Below, in pieces: positions 39,725-49,799 of a stretch of DNA of 64,000 nucleotides. The DNA lies in the NCBI GenBank assembly GCA_049967655.1, contig JBMFSH010000012.1, positions 5,945-69,944 on the forward strand. Direction: 5' to 3'. The notes beneath the pieces are model-generated. The model did no database searches. It was not told the DNA's origin and was given only the letters and a program-made list of their open reading frames with translations. Origin of the DNA: Acidobacteriota bacterium (lineage in GTDB: Bacteria; Acidobacteriota; UBA4820; DSQY01). Every line of letters begins with the position of its first letter. Within the stretch, counting starts at the first letter, position 1. The translations under genes and the position numbers were made by a program.

Positions 39725-42634
39725 ATGACACCCATCGAGTTCATCCACAAGTGGCGGGACGCGGCGTTGTCGGAGCGCTCGGCGTGCCAGCAGCACTTTC
39801 TGGACCTGTGCGAGCTGGTGGGCCACCCGAAGCCGGCGGAGGTGGACAAGACGGGCGAGTCCTTCACCTTCGAGCGCGGCGCGGCCAAGACCGACGGCGG
39901 CGACGGCTGGGCGGACGTCTGGAAGCGGGGCTTCTTCGGCTGGGAGTACAAGGGCCGCCACGCCAACCTCGCCAAGGCCTACGGCCAGCTCCTCCAGTAC
40001 CGGGAGGCGCTGGAGAACCCGCCCCTGCTCGTGGTGTGCGACATGGACCGCCTGGAGATCCACACCAACTTCACGGGGACGCGCACCGAGGTCCACGCGC
40101 TGCGCCTCGTGGAGCTGGACATGCCCCGCAGCCGGGAGATTCTGCACGCCCTCTTCTTCGACCCGGAGAAGCTCCGCCCCGGCGCCACCAGCGCCTCCAT
40201 CACCACCGAGGCCGCCGCCCACATCGGCGAGATCGCCCAGCGCCTGCGCGCCCGAGGCGAGCAGCCGGCCCAGGTGGCGCGCTTCCTCGACCGCCTCGTC
40301 TTCTGCCTCTTCGCCGAGGACATCGGCCTGCTGCCCGAGGCGCTCTTCTCGCGCCTCCTCCACAAGACCCGGGACGATCCGCCCCGCTTCCAGAAGCTCG
40401 TCTCGGACCTCTTCGAGGCCATGGCCAAGGGCGGCGATTTCGGCATGGACACGATCCGCTGGTTCAACGGCTCGCTCTTCGCCCACGGGCCCGTCCTGCC
40501 GCTGGAGGAGGGGGAGCTGGCCATCCTCGACCGGGCCGCCGCCCTGGACTGGAGCGCCGTGGACGCCTCCATCTTCGGCACCCTCTTCGAGCGGGGCCTC
40601 GACCCGGACAAGCGCTCCCAGCTCGGCGCCCACTACACGAGCCGCGCCGACATCGAGGCCCTGGTGGAGCCCGTGGTCATGGCGCCCCTTCGCCGCCGCT
40701 GGCAGGAGGTGCGCGCGCGGGCCGAGGAGGCCCTGGCGGCCCTCGACCGCCGGCCGGGCCGCAAGGCCCTCACGCCGCAGGCCGCCGCGCGCATCCGCGA
40801 CAGGGCCTCGGGCATCGCGGGCGCCTTCCTCTTCGAGCTGCACACCCTCACCGTCCTGGACCCGGCCTGCGGCTCGGGCAACTTCCTCTACGTGACGCTC
40901 CAGAAGCTCAAGGACCTGGAGAAGGAGGTCGGCGTCTGGGCCGTGGGGCGAGGGCTCGGTCAGTTCCTGCCCATGGTCCACCCGCACCAGCTCTACGGCA
41001 TCGAGGTGAACCCCTACGCCCACGAGCTGGCCTAGATGACCGTCTGGATCGGCTACCTCCAGTGGATCAGCGCCAACGGCTTCGGCCTGCCCCACGACCC
41101 CGTCCTCGAATCGCTGGAGCGCCACTTCCTCTGCCGCGACGCCATCCTCGACCTGGGCGACCCGGATCATCCGAAGGAGCCCGAGTGGCCCGAGGCCGAC
41201 TGCATCGTCGGCAACCCGCCCTTCCTGGGGGGGAAGATCCTGAGGCGCGAGCTGGGCGATTCGTACGTGGACCGGCTCTTCGCCCTGTGGGACGGCCGCG
41301 TGCCGCGCGAGGCCGACCTGTGCGCCTACTGGTTCGAGAAGGCGAGGGACCAGGTGGAGGCGGGGCGCTGCCGGCGCGCCGACCTGCTCGCCACCCAGGG
41401 CATCCGCGGCGGGGCCAACCGCAAGGTCCTGGAGCGGATCAAAGAGACGGGCGAGATCTTCTTCGCCGAGAGCGACCGCCCGTGGATCCTCGACGGCGCC
41501 AACGTCCACGTCAGCATGGTGGGCTTCGACCGGGGGGAGGAGACGGCGCGCCTCCTGGACGGAAAGGCCGTGCCGGTGATCCACGCCAACCTCACCGCCG
41601 CGGCGGACACCACCCAGGCGGCGCGGCTTCCCGAGAACCGGGGCCTCGCCTACATGGGCGACACCAAGAGGGGGCCCTTCGATATTCCCGAGGCCCGCGC
41701 CCTCGACTGGCTTCAGAGGCCCAACCCGCACGGGCGACCCAACTCGGACGTGGTCGTGCCCTGGGTCAACGGCTTGGACGTGACGGGCCGGCCGCGCTCC
41801 CTGTGGATCGTGGACTTCGGCGCGGCGATTGCCGAGGAGGCTGCGGCCCGGTACGAGGCTCCCTTCGAGTACGTGCGCGAGCGGGTGAAACCGGAACGGG
41901 ATAAGTCGCGAAGTACGGTTGGGATTTGGTGGCAACATGAACGAGCCAGGCTGGACATGCGGGAGGCGTTGGCGAACGTGCCGCGCTTCCTGTCCACGGT
42001 GGCCGTCTCCAAGCATCGGCTCTTCACCTGGATGCGATCGCCCACATTGCCGGACCACCAGGTCTTCGCCTTTGCCGGCTCGGACGACTATCTCTTCGCC
42101 CTCCTCCACTCGCGCTTCCACGAGGCGTGGGCGCTGAAGTTGGGCACGCGGTTGGAGACAAGGCCCCGCTACACCCCCACGACCTGCTTCGAGACCTTCC
42201 CCTTCCCCTGGCCGCCGGGACACGAGCCGGCGGAGGACCCGCGCGTGCGGGCCATCGCCGACGCCGCCCGGGAGCTGAACCGCCTCCGGGAGGGCTGGCT
42301 CAACCCGCCCGAGTGGACGCGGGAGGAGATCCTCACCTTCCCCGGCTCCGCGGAGGGCCCCTGGGGCCGCTTCGTCACGGAGCCCGACGCGCGCGGCATC
42401 GGCACCGTCCGCTACCCCCGTCTCGTCCCCAGGGACGAGGCCAGCGCCGTGGCCCTCAAGGCCCGCACCCTCACCGGCCTCTACAACCAGCGCCCCACTT
42501 GGCTCGCCAACGCGCACCAAACCCTCGACGCCGCCGTCGCCGCCGCCTACGCCTGGCCCCCCGACCTCCCCGACGAGCAGATCCTCCAACGCCTCCTCGC
42601 CCTCAACCGCGAGAGGGCGGGGAAGAGTGTTTAG
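39725..42634 (+). pseudogene. MmeI-family Type IIL restriction-modification enzyme, interrupted by in-frame TAG at 41033-41035
   Basis: N-terminal nuclease motif D-x9-EYK (DVWKRGFFGWEYKG), MTase motif I VLDPACGSGNFL (ORF1), motif IV IVGNPPFLGG (ORF2); ORF1 39620..41035 and ORF2 41036..42634 are in the same frame; alternative start 39698. Confidence 0.7.
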
Positions 42635-42708
42635 TTATCCGTTAGCAGCGAGGCACTAGCCGCCGGGTCGAAAAGGTTGGGAGCAATTGCTGCTTAGAGG
42701 AGGGTCCT

Positions 42709-43404
42709 ATGGCACTGAGGGTTAAGAGAAGAACAGTATCCGATTTCGTTAGGCGAAAGGTCATTCACCTCGCGGGCAACCGGTGCTCGTTTTGCCCGGA
42801 GGACGACGTTAGCATCCTGCAACCGCACCACCTCACCGCTGTTTCCGAGGGCGGTTCCGACGACTGGGAGAACTAGATCGCAGTGTGTCCAACCTGCCAC
42901 GAAAAGATCCACAGGGGAACGATATCTACTGCTGAGGCCCTTGCCAGAAAGGCCCTGCAGCCGGTGCCGTCAACTCGCCGCGAGCAAAGCAAGGGCACGG
43001 CGCCTATCGTGGAGATCCAAGGCGACTTGCATCAAAGCACGGTGGCTGTGGGTGCCACCGTGAACATCCGGACCAGTGGTCGAGGGAAGCCGAAGCTACT
43101 GCCGGCACCGGACTCCCTGGGGGCAGCGCCCTGTAAGCTTCGATATTGCCGCTATCTAGTCGACAGATACCATGAATTCAAGCGATCAGAAGTGGGAAAG
43201 GACCAGATAAACTACGCGATTCTCCACGGTTCCATCAAGAGGGAATTCAAGGCCGCCCTTCCGAACATTCCGGCGCACCGCTTCGAAGATGTAGCGGAGT
43301 ATCTGCAAGGCAGAATCCTAAAGAGCAAGGTTGGCCGCAATCTCAACGCTAAAGGGCAGAAAGTGTTTGAGGACTTCGAGGAATTCCGTCAAAGGCACTG
43401 CTGA
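42709..43404 (+). pseudogene. HNH endonuclease with C-terminal domain of unknown function, in-frame TAG at 42874-42876
   Basis: CSFCPEDD…HHLTAVSEGGSDDWEN*IAVCPTCHEKIH is a textbook HNH motif broken at the conserved Leu position; GGAGGG RBS; lower GC. Confidence 0.6.
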
Positions 43405-43890
43405 CCGCGGCGACGGCCTGGGGTGGCCCCGTATGGTGCATCTCGCCCGCCCCGCAGGGGCGGCATGCGTCCCGACGCCGGTGGGCCTTATGTGAGGAAG
43501 GTGAGGTGACCACACCGCGAGCGTACTCAAGGTACGCTGAGGATGTGGGCGCCGACGCCTGACGACACAGAAGGTCCGCCGCCGTCGGCGCACTCTTCGA
43601 GGGGGTGGGGACGGTCCTTCGAAGGCACGAGAGCCGGCCGCCCGAAGGGCGTGCCAGGACGCGCGCGGCGGCGGGGAGGAAGGCGCGGGGGCAGGAGATG
43701 CCGAGACCCCGAGTCAGGAAACCGCTGGAGGAGGCCACGGGGTGACGCTCCATGCTGGAGCGCCTTTCGCCCCGGTGGCGCCGCGTCTTGGCCAGGGCGC
43801 CGGAGGCGCCCGGCGGCTCGCCGCGGTGAGGCGGGAGCCCCTTTGACGCATCGCGCCGGGGAGGGCTCCTGCGAGGCGCCGGCGAGGGGC

Positions 43891-45240
43891 CTACCGCTCG
43901 AGCTTGCCCTTGAGGACGCCGGCGGCGACGAGGAGCGGGTCCCAGACGGGGGCGAAGGGCGGCGCGTAGGCGAGGTCGAGCATGGAGAGCTCCTCCACCT
44001 TCATCCCGCAGGTCAGCGCGGCGGCGAGGGTGTCGACGCGCCCCTTGGTCCCCTCCGGGCCGCAGACCTGCCCGCCCAGCAGGCGCCCGCGCCGGTCGGC
44101 GGTGAGGTGAACGAGGACGCCGCCACCGCCGGGGTAGTAACCCGCGCGGCTGCCCGCTTCGATCCAGGCCTCAACGGGGTCGAAGCCCGCCTCCCGGGCC
44201 TGGGCCGGGTCCAAACCGGTGACGCCCACCTCCAGGCCGAAGGCCCGCGTGATAGCCGTGCCCACCACGCCGGGAAAGCGCTCGCGCCCGCCGGCGATGT
44301 TGGTGCCCGCCACCCGGCCCATCTTGTTGGCCGTCGTGCCCAGGGGGATGTAGACGGGCCGGCCCGTCACCAGGTGGCGGACCTCGCAGCAGTCCCCCGC
44401 CGCCCAGACGCCGTGCACCCCCGTGGCGCAGGTCTCGTCCACCTGGATGGCGCCGTTTCGGGCCAGCGGGACCGGCGAGCCGCGCAGGAAATCGGTGGCG
44501 GGCCTCACCCCCGTGGCGATGAGGAAGAGGTCGGCGGCGAGCTCGCCCCGGTCGGTGCGCAGGGCCAGGAGGCGGCCGTTCGCGCCCAGCGCCTCCAGCA
44601 CCTGTGTCTCCAAGAGGAGGCGGACGCCGCGCTCCTCCAGCTCCCGCAGGAGGCGGTCGCGCAGCGGCTCCACCAGGTTCTTGAGGAGGCGCGTGGAGCG
44701 GTTGATGAGGGTCACCGCCATGCCTCGGGCGGCGAAGTTCTCGGCCATCTCCAGGGCGATGTAGCCCGTGCCCCAGATGAGCGCCGAGCGGGGGCGGACC
44801 GCCTCGATGAAGGTGGTGAGGCGGCGGCCGTCGGGCAGGTCGTGGAGCGTGAAGAGGTTGTCGCCCGAAAGGCCGCGCAGATCGGGCAGCACCGGTGTGC
44901 TCCCCGTGCTGATGAGGAGGGCGTCGTAGTCCTCCTCGGCGGTCCGGCCGGAGGCCAGGTCCTCCACGCGGACCCGCTTCTTGCCCTCCATGAGCTCCAC
45001 GACTCGCTGGCGCAGGCGCACCTCGATGCCGCGCCGCTGGATCTCCTCGGGGTCCAGGGCGCTCAGGTCGTCGAAGCTCGGCGTGATGCCCCCCACCACG
45101 TAGGGCAGGCCGCAGGCGCCGTAGGAGAGGTCGGGCCCCGCCTCGAGGACGGTGGCCTCCCACTCGGGCCGCATCCGCCGGAGCTTGCTTGCCGCGCTCA
45201 TGCCAGCCGCCATTCCCCCGATCACGAGCAATTTGGGCAT
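43891..45240 (-). CDS. FAD-dependent pyridine nucleotide-disulfide oxidoreductase (CoA-disulfide reductase/NADH oxidase family)
   Basis: GGMAAG FAD motif, NAD motif, C-terminal dimerisation domain. Confidence 0.75.
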   Translation of the reverse strand: MPKLLVIGGMAAGMSAASKLRRMRPEWEATVLEAGPDLSYGACGLPYVVGGITPSFDDLSALDPEEIQRRGIEVRLRQRVVELMEGKKRVRVEDLASGRTAEEDYDALLISTGSTPVLPDLRGLSGDNLFTLHDLPDGRRLTTFIEAVRPRSALIWGTGYIALEMAENFAARGMAVTLINRSTRLLKNLVEPLRDRLLRELEERGVRLLLETQVLEALGANGRLLALRTDRGELAADLFLIATGVRPATDFLRGSPVPLARNGAIQVDETCATGVHGVWAAGDCCEVRHLVTGRPVYIPLGTTANKMGRVAGTNIAGGRERFPGVVGTAITRAFGLEVGVTGLDPAQAREAGFDPVEAWIEAGSRAGYYPGGGGVLVHLTADRRGRLLGGQVCGPEGTKGRVDTLAAALTCGMKVEELSMLDLAYAPPFAPVWDPLLVAAGVLKGKLER

Positions 45241-45362
45241 CGTGTCACCTCCCGCGCACCGCCGTGAGGGCCGCGCGCCTCCTTATTGTACCCTCGGTCC
45301 TACGGATATCGCGAGTTCGCGCCGCCCTTGTCCCGCGGCTCTTGCCTGGCTATGCTGGCGGG

Positions 45363-46139
45363 ATGAAGGAATTTCGGCGCTTCCACCCGATGACGCCCGC
45401 CGAGGTGCGGGAGAGGCTTGAGCACGAGGCTCCCGAGGAGCTGTGGTCGGCGGGAGAGCCCCTGGCCGGCGGCCGGGGGACGGCCCGGCTGCTCGATGTG
45501 GCCGGTCAGCGGGTGATCCTGAAGCGGGAGCGGCGGGGCGGGCTGGCGGGGCGCATCCTTCCCGATTTCTATCTGCTGGAGGGCCCTTTCCTCGCCGAGT
45601 GGGAGATGGCCTGCCGGCTGGCGGAGGCGAAGCTGGCACCCCAGCCCTACGCCCAGGTGTTCCGCCCGGCGGGACCCCTGTTCGCCGTCTTCACCCTCTC
45701 GCGGGCGGTCCCTCAGGCGCCTTCCCTCCTGGGGCTCTGGACGGAGGGGCGGCTGGGGCCGGAGCAGCTCCGGACGGCCGGGGCGGCGGTGGGCCGGCTC
45801 CACCGGGCCGGCCTGCTCCACGGCGATCTCAACGCCGGCAACCTGCTGCTGGACGAGGGGGGGGCGGCGCTCTTCCTGGACCTGCGCCACTCCAGGCTCG
45901 AGCCCGGTCCGCCACCCGCCGGCCCCAGGGGCCGCAACCTCCTGCGCCTGAGCCGCTCCCTGCACAAGCTCCACTACCTGCGCTCCCTGCCCTGGCCCGA
46001 AGGCTGCTGGGAGGCCCTGGCGGATGGCTACGCCACCGGCTGGGGCGAGCGCGAGCCCTGGCTGACGGAGTGGATCGCCCGCAGCCGCCGCGGATTCGGC
46101 CTCTCCCATCTGGGCTGGAGACTGCTGAGGGGAAGCTGA
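45363..46139 (+). CDS. Kdo/LPS kinase family protein (KdkA/WaaP-like)
   Basis: …HRAGLLHGDLNAGNLLL… kinase catalytic motif. Confidence 0.6.
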   Translation: MKEFRRFHPMTPAEVRERLEHEAPEELWSAGEPLAGGRGTARLLDVAGQRVILKRERRGGLAGRILPDFYLLEGPFLAEWEMACRLAEAKLAPQPYAQVFRPAGPLFAVFTLSRAVPQAPSLLGLWTEGRLGPEQLRTAGAAVGRLHRAGLLHGDLNAGNLLLDEGGAALFLDLRHSRLEPGPPPAGPRGRNLLRLSRSLHKLHYLRSLPWPEGCWEALADGYATGWGEREPWLTEWIARSRRGFGLSHLGWRLLRGS

Positions 46140-46159
46140 CGTAAAGAGCCTGGGAGCGC

Positions 46160-47407
46160 TCAGGCCTCCACGAGCTGGGCGGCGAGTCCCTCGCTCCCGA
46201 CCGACCGGAGGGCCACCGTCACGAAGCGGTTCGGCTCCTCGGGGCGGGGAAGGGCGACGTGGAGGAAGTTCTCAGTGAGCGCCCGGCCCCGATCCGCCGC
46301 CGGGGCCAGGGTCAGGGCGGACAGGGGGCGGCCCACGAACCGGGCCGCGAAGGCAAGGCGCTTGTGTTCTCCGAGCGCCCGGACGCGGCGGGTCCTCTCC
46401 GCGGCCTCCCGCTGGGGGATGGAGGGCATGGCTGCCGCGGCGGTTCCGGGCCTGGGCGAATAGGTGAAGGCGTGGACGAAGGCGACGGGGGAGCGCTCCA
46501 GGAGGGCCAGGGTCGCCTCGAAATCGGTCGGGCTCTCCGTGGGAAACCCCACCAGCACGTCGGCGCCGATGCCCACGCCCGGCACCTCCTCCGCGAGCGC
46601 CCGGAGCTGCTCCTCGTAGAAGGCCGCGCGGTAGTTGCGGCGCATGGCCCTCAGGACGGTATCGGAACCGCTCTGGAGGGGGACCTGGAGGTGCTTGGCG
46701 AGGGCCGCCTCCCGGCGCATGAGCGACCGGATTCCCGGCGTAACCGCCCGGGGTTCGACGGAGTTGAGGCGGATGCGGTACCGCCCCGGCACCGCGAGGA
46801 GCCGCTCCAGCAGTCCCTCCAGGCCTCCCCGGAAACCGTTATCCTTGCCGTATTCCCCGGTGTTCACGCCGGTGAGAACCACCTCCCGATACCCCACATC
46901 CAGTAGGGCCCGAAAATCCTCCACCACCACTTCCACCGGGACGGAGCGGGAAGGGCCGCGCACCGAGGGGATGATGCAGTAGGTGCAGGGGAAGTTGCAG
47001 CCTTCCTGGACCTTGAGAAAGGCCCGCGTGCGATCGCCGAAGTGGGGGACGCAGGCGTGCCCTCTCCCCCCCTCAGAACCGGCGACCCGGTCCAGAAAGG
47101 CCGCGAGATCCTCATCGGTGGCCAAGACCTCGTCCACCTCCGGCATGGCCCTGTAGGGCGTCTGGTCCCGCCGCACGGAGCAGCCCATGACCGCGAGCAG
47201 GGCGTGGGGGTTGCGCCTTCGCAGGCACCGAAGAGCCTGCCTCGCCTCACGGTCCGCCTTGTGGGTCACGGTGCAGGTGTTCAGGAGGATGAGGTCGGCC
47301 TCTTCGGGACGCCGGGCCTCCTCGCAGTGGGGCCGCATGCGCCCAGCCGCCCTCGCCGAATCGGCCTGGTTCAGTTTACAGCCCAGCGTAAGGATGGCGA
47401 CCTTCAG
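46160..47407 (-). CDS. radical-SAM tRNA methylthiotransferase (MtaB/MiaB family)
   Basis: UPF0004 N-domain, CNFPCTYC radical-SAM motif, TRAM; the only plausible start is CTG at 47405-47407, preceded by AGGAGG. Confidence 0.7.
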   Translation of the reverse strand: MKVAILTLGCKLNQADSARAAGRMRPHCEEARRPEEADLILLNTCTVTHKADREARQALRCLRRRNPHALLAVMGCSVRRDQTPYRAMPEVDEVLATDEDLAAFLDRVAGSEGGRGHACVPHFGDRTRAFLKVQEGCNFPCTYCIIPSVRGPSRSVPVEVVVEDFRALLDVGYREVVLTGVNTGEYGKDNGFRGGLEGLLERLLAVPGRYRIRLNSVEPRAVTPGIRSLMRREAALAKHLQVPLQSGSDTVLRAMRRNYRAAFYEEQLRALAEEVPGVGIGADVLVGFPTESPTDFEATLALLERSPVAFVHAFTYSPRPGTAAAAMPSIPQREAAERTRRVRALGEHKRLAFAARFVGRPLSALTLAPAADRGRALTENFLHVALPRPEEPNRFVTVALRSVGSEGLAAQLVEA

Positions 47408-48447
47408 GGCTTGCCTCCTGCCCCTCCCTGGACGGCCGGGGCTGAGCCCCCCTGCGGAGCTTCGGGGGCCTTGGGTTGGGCGGCCGCGGCCGCCTCCCTG
47501 TCGATCTGGGCCCGGAGAGCGTCGATCTCGCTCTGGTGGGTTCCGAAGCGCTCGGCCATCACGAGCTCCGCCTGGGCCTCCTTGAACTTCTTCTGGCGCA
47601 GGTCCAGCTTGGCGAGAACCAGGTGGGCCTCGGGACCCTCGGAGGCCCTCAGGGAGGCCATGAGCAGGCGCCTGGCTTCGATCAGGCGCCCCGACTCCAT
47701 CCGGATCTCGGCCAGCGTGAGAAGCCCCAGGTAGGCCTTCGGGTAGCTCTTCTTCTCCAGGCTCTCCAGGATGCCGGCGCTCTCCGTTGTGCGGCCGGTG
47801 TCCTTCAGAACCACCGCCAGGCAGCACTTGGCGTCGTCGTAATCGGGCTCTAGCTCCACCGCCTTGCGGAAATAGACCTCTTGAAGGAGGGGGTCCGGGG
47901 AGATTCGCCCCCGGATGTAGCTCTCGAAGGCCTGGGGGCTCACCTTGGGAGGCCCCGCCCAGGGCTTGTCCAGCACCGTGAAGACGTCGTGCCCCAGCTT
48001 GCCGGTGAGGTCCAGCAGGCCCTGGAGGTCCTCCTCCTCGTCCCAGCCGTTCAGGCGCCTGAGGTTGCCCCTGAGGTCGTAGGCGTCCAGGTGCACCGAC
48101 AGGGTCGTGTCGGTGACCGAGTAGCGGCCGAAGAAGAGGACCCCGGCGCCGAGCTGGCGGGCCAAGGCCACGGCGGCGGGCAGATCGAAGGTGGGATCCT
48201 CCACCAGCCCCTCCTGCTCGAAGAGCCGTTTGAGGTTGTCGTACGGGATGTTGGCGACGCCGCCCCGCGTGAGGGACTCGTCCAGGGCCACCGCCAGCCC
48301 GGTCCCGATCCAGCTCGCCGAGACGGGCCCGCTGGTCTGGGCCGGAGGGAAGACGAGCACCCGCTGGGCAAGGAGCGGGGGGCATCCGAGGAGCACAAGG
48401 GCCGTCACGATGAGCCATCTCTTCACGCCATTGTTCGAGGGGTTCAT
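47404..48447 (-). CDS. secreted TPR-repeat protein
   Basis: signal peptide then TPRs; start MNPSNNG from ORF-track arithmetic. Confidence 0.55.
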   Translation of the reverse strand: MNPSNNGVKRWLIVTALVLLGCPPLLAQRVLVFPPAQTSGPVSASWIGTGLAVALDESLTRGGVANIPYDNLKRLFEQEGLVEDPTFDLPAAVALARQLGAGVLFFGRYSVTDTTLSVHLDAYDLRGNLRRLNGWDEEEDLQGLLDLTGKLGHDVFTVLDKPWAGPPKVSPQAFESYIRGRISPDPLLQEVYFRKAVELEPDYDDAKCCLAVVLKDTGRTTESAGILESLEKKSYPKAYLGLLTLAEIRMESGRLIEARRLLMASLRASEGPEAHLVLAKLDLRQKKFKEAQAELVMAERFGTHQSEIDALRAQIDREAAAAAQPKAPEAPQGGSAPAVQGGAGGKP

Positions 48448-49775
48448 GGTCGTCCTTTCGGTGAGCGGGCCGCGGCCCGCTTTCGGCGCTCCCGCCAGGT
48501 CTCCATCCACTGCCCTATGCGGGCCTCGAAGCCCGCCTCGCCGGGAACATAGTACCGCCTTCCGGCGAGCTGCGGGGGCAGGCACTGGAGGTCCGCGATC
48601 CCTTCGGGCTCATCGTGGGCGTAGCGGTAGCCCTGGCCGTATCCCGCCTCCTCCATGAGCCGGGTCGGTGCGTTCCTGAGGGCCATGGGAACGGGATAGC
48701 GGTGGCCCTTGCGGAGGTCGGCGGCCACCGCCTGCTGGGCCACGTAGACGCGGTTCGACTTGGGAGCCACGGCCACGTAGACCGTGGCCTGCGCCAGGGC
48801 CAGCGCGCCCTCCGGCATCCCCAGGAAGTCGATGGCCTCTTTCGCGTCCAGGGCCCTGCGCAGGGCCTGCGGATCGGCCGTACCCACGTCCTCGGAGGCG
48901 GCGCGGACGAGCCGCCGGGCGAGGTAGAGCGGCTCTTCCCCGCCCTCCAGCATCCGGAAAAGCCAGTAGAGGGCGGCGTCGGGATCCGAGTTGCGGATGG
49001 ACTTGTGGTAGGCGCTGATGAGGTTGTAGTGCTCCTCCCCGCCCCAGTCGTAGAGCACCCGGCCGCTCGTGAGCCAGGCCCTGGCCTCCGCCGGCTCCAT
49101 GGAGGAGTCCGCCGGATACTGGAGGGCCAGCGCCTCCAGCGCGTTCAGCGCGAACCGGGCATCGCCGGCGGCCATCCGGGCCAGCTCCTGAAGCACGCTC
49201 TCGGGAACGGCCCGGCCCTTCTCGGCCAGGATGGCGTCCTCCCCCTGGACGCGCCTGAGAACGGACAGGATGTGCTCCTCCGACAGGGGGGCCAGGGTGA
49301 CCACCCGGCATCGGGAGAGCAGGGCCGGCGTGAGGTGGAAGGAGGGGTTCTCGGTGGTGGTGCCCAAAAGGATCACGGAACCCTCCTCGAGGTAGGGCAG
49401 GAAGGCGTCCTGCTGGGCCTTGTTGAAGCGGTGGATCTCGTCGATGAAGAGGATGGTCGGGGTGCCCTCGCCGCGCCAGCGGGTGCGCGCGCGCTCCATC
49501 ACCTCCCGGACCTCCTTCAGGGTGGATAAAACGGCCGAGAGGCCCACGAAGGGCCTCCGGCTGTGACGTTCGATGATTCGCGCGAGGGTGGTCTTTCCCG
49601 CCCCCGGGGGGCCCCAGAGGATGGTGCTCGCGAGGCTGTCCGAGGCGAGGGCGCGACCCGTCGGCGTCTCGGGGCCGACGACCGCATCCAGCCCCACCAG
49701 GTCCTCCCAGCGCTTCGGGCGGGCCCTCTCCGCCAGCGGCGGAGCCTCACCCTCGGAGCGGAAGAGGGAGGTCAT
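48444..49775 (-). CDS. rarA: replication-associated recombination protein A (AAA ATPase)
   Basis: Walker [10 protein letters not shown] and MgsA C-terminal domain. Confidence 0.85.
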   Translation of the reverse strand: MTSLFRSEGEAPPLAERARPKRWEDLVGLDAVVGPETPTGRALASDSLASTILWGPPGAGKTTLARIIERHSRRPFVGLSAVLSTLKEVREVMERARTRWRGEGTPTILFIDEIHRFNKAQQDAFLPYLEEGSVILLGTTTENPSFHLTPALLSRCRVVTLAPLSEEHILSVLRRVQGEDAILAEKGRAVPESVLQELARMAAGDARFALNALEALALQYPADSSMEPAEARAWLTSGRVLYDWGGEEHYNLISAYHKSIRNSDPDAALYWLFRMLEGGEEPLYLARRLVRAASEDVGTADPQALRRALDAKEAIDFLGMPEGALALAQATVYVAVAPKSNRVYVAQQAVAADLRKGHRYPVPMALRNAPTRLMEEAGYGQGYRYAHDEPEGIADLQCLPPQLAGRRYYVPGEAGFEARIGQWMETWRERRKRAAARSPKGRP

Positions 49776-49799
49776 GGGCTGCCTCCGGCCGGGAGAGCT

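Noticed and set aside
39725-42634. Interpreting the large MTase as BREX PglX
   Set aside because: The N-terminus carries the MmeI-type D-x9-ExK nuclease motif and no brxA/B/C/L or pglZ genes are nearby, so a standalone Type IIL enzyme is the better fit.
41033-42876. Genome-wide TAG reassignment as the explanation for the in-frame ambers
   Set aside because: Native genes in this window terminate at TAG (rlmH at 277-279, glnA at 18023-18025, the lipoprotein at 22131-22133). Any TAG-as-sense explanation would have to be specific to the island or donor.
36400-43900. tRNA gene, integrase or flanking direct repeats at the island borders
   Set aside because: None found by inspection. The borders are therefore undefined.
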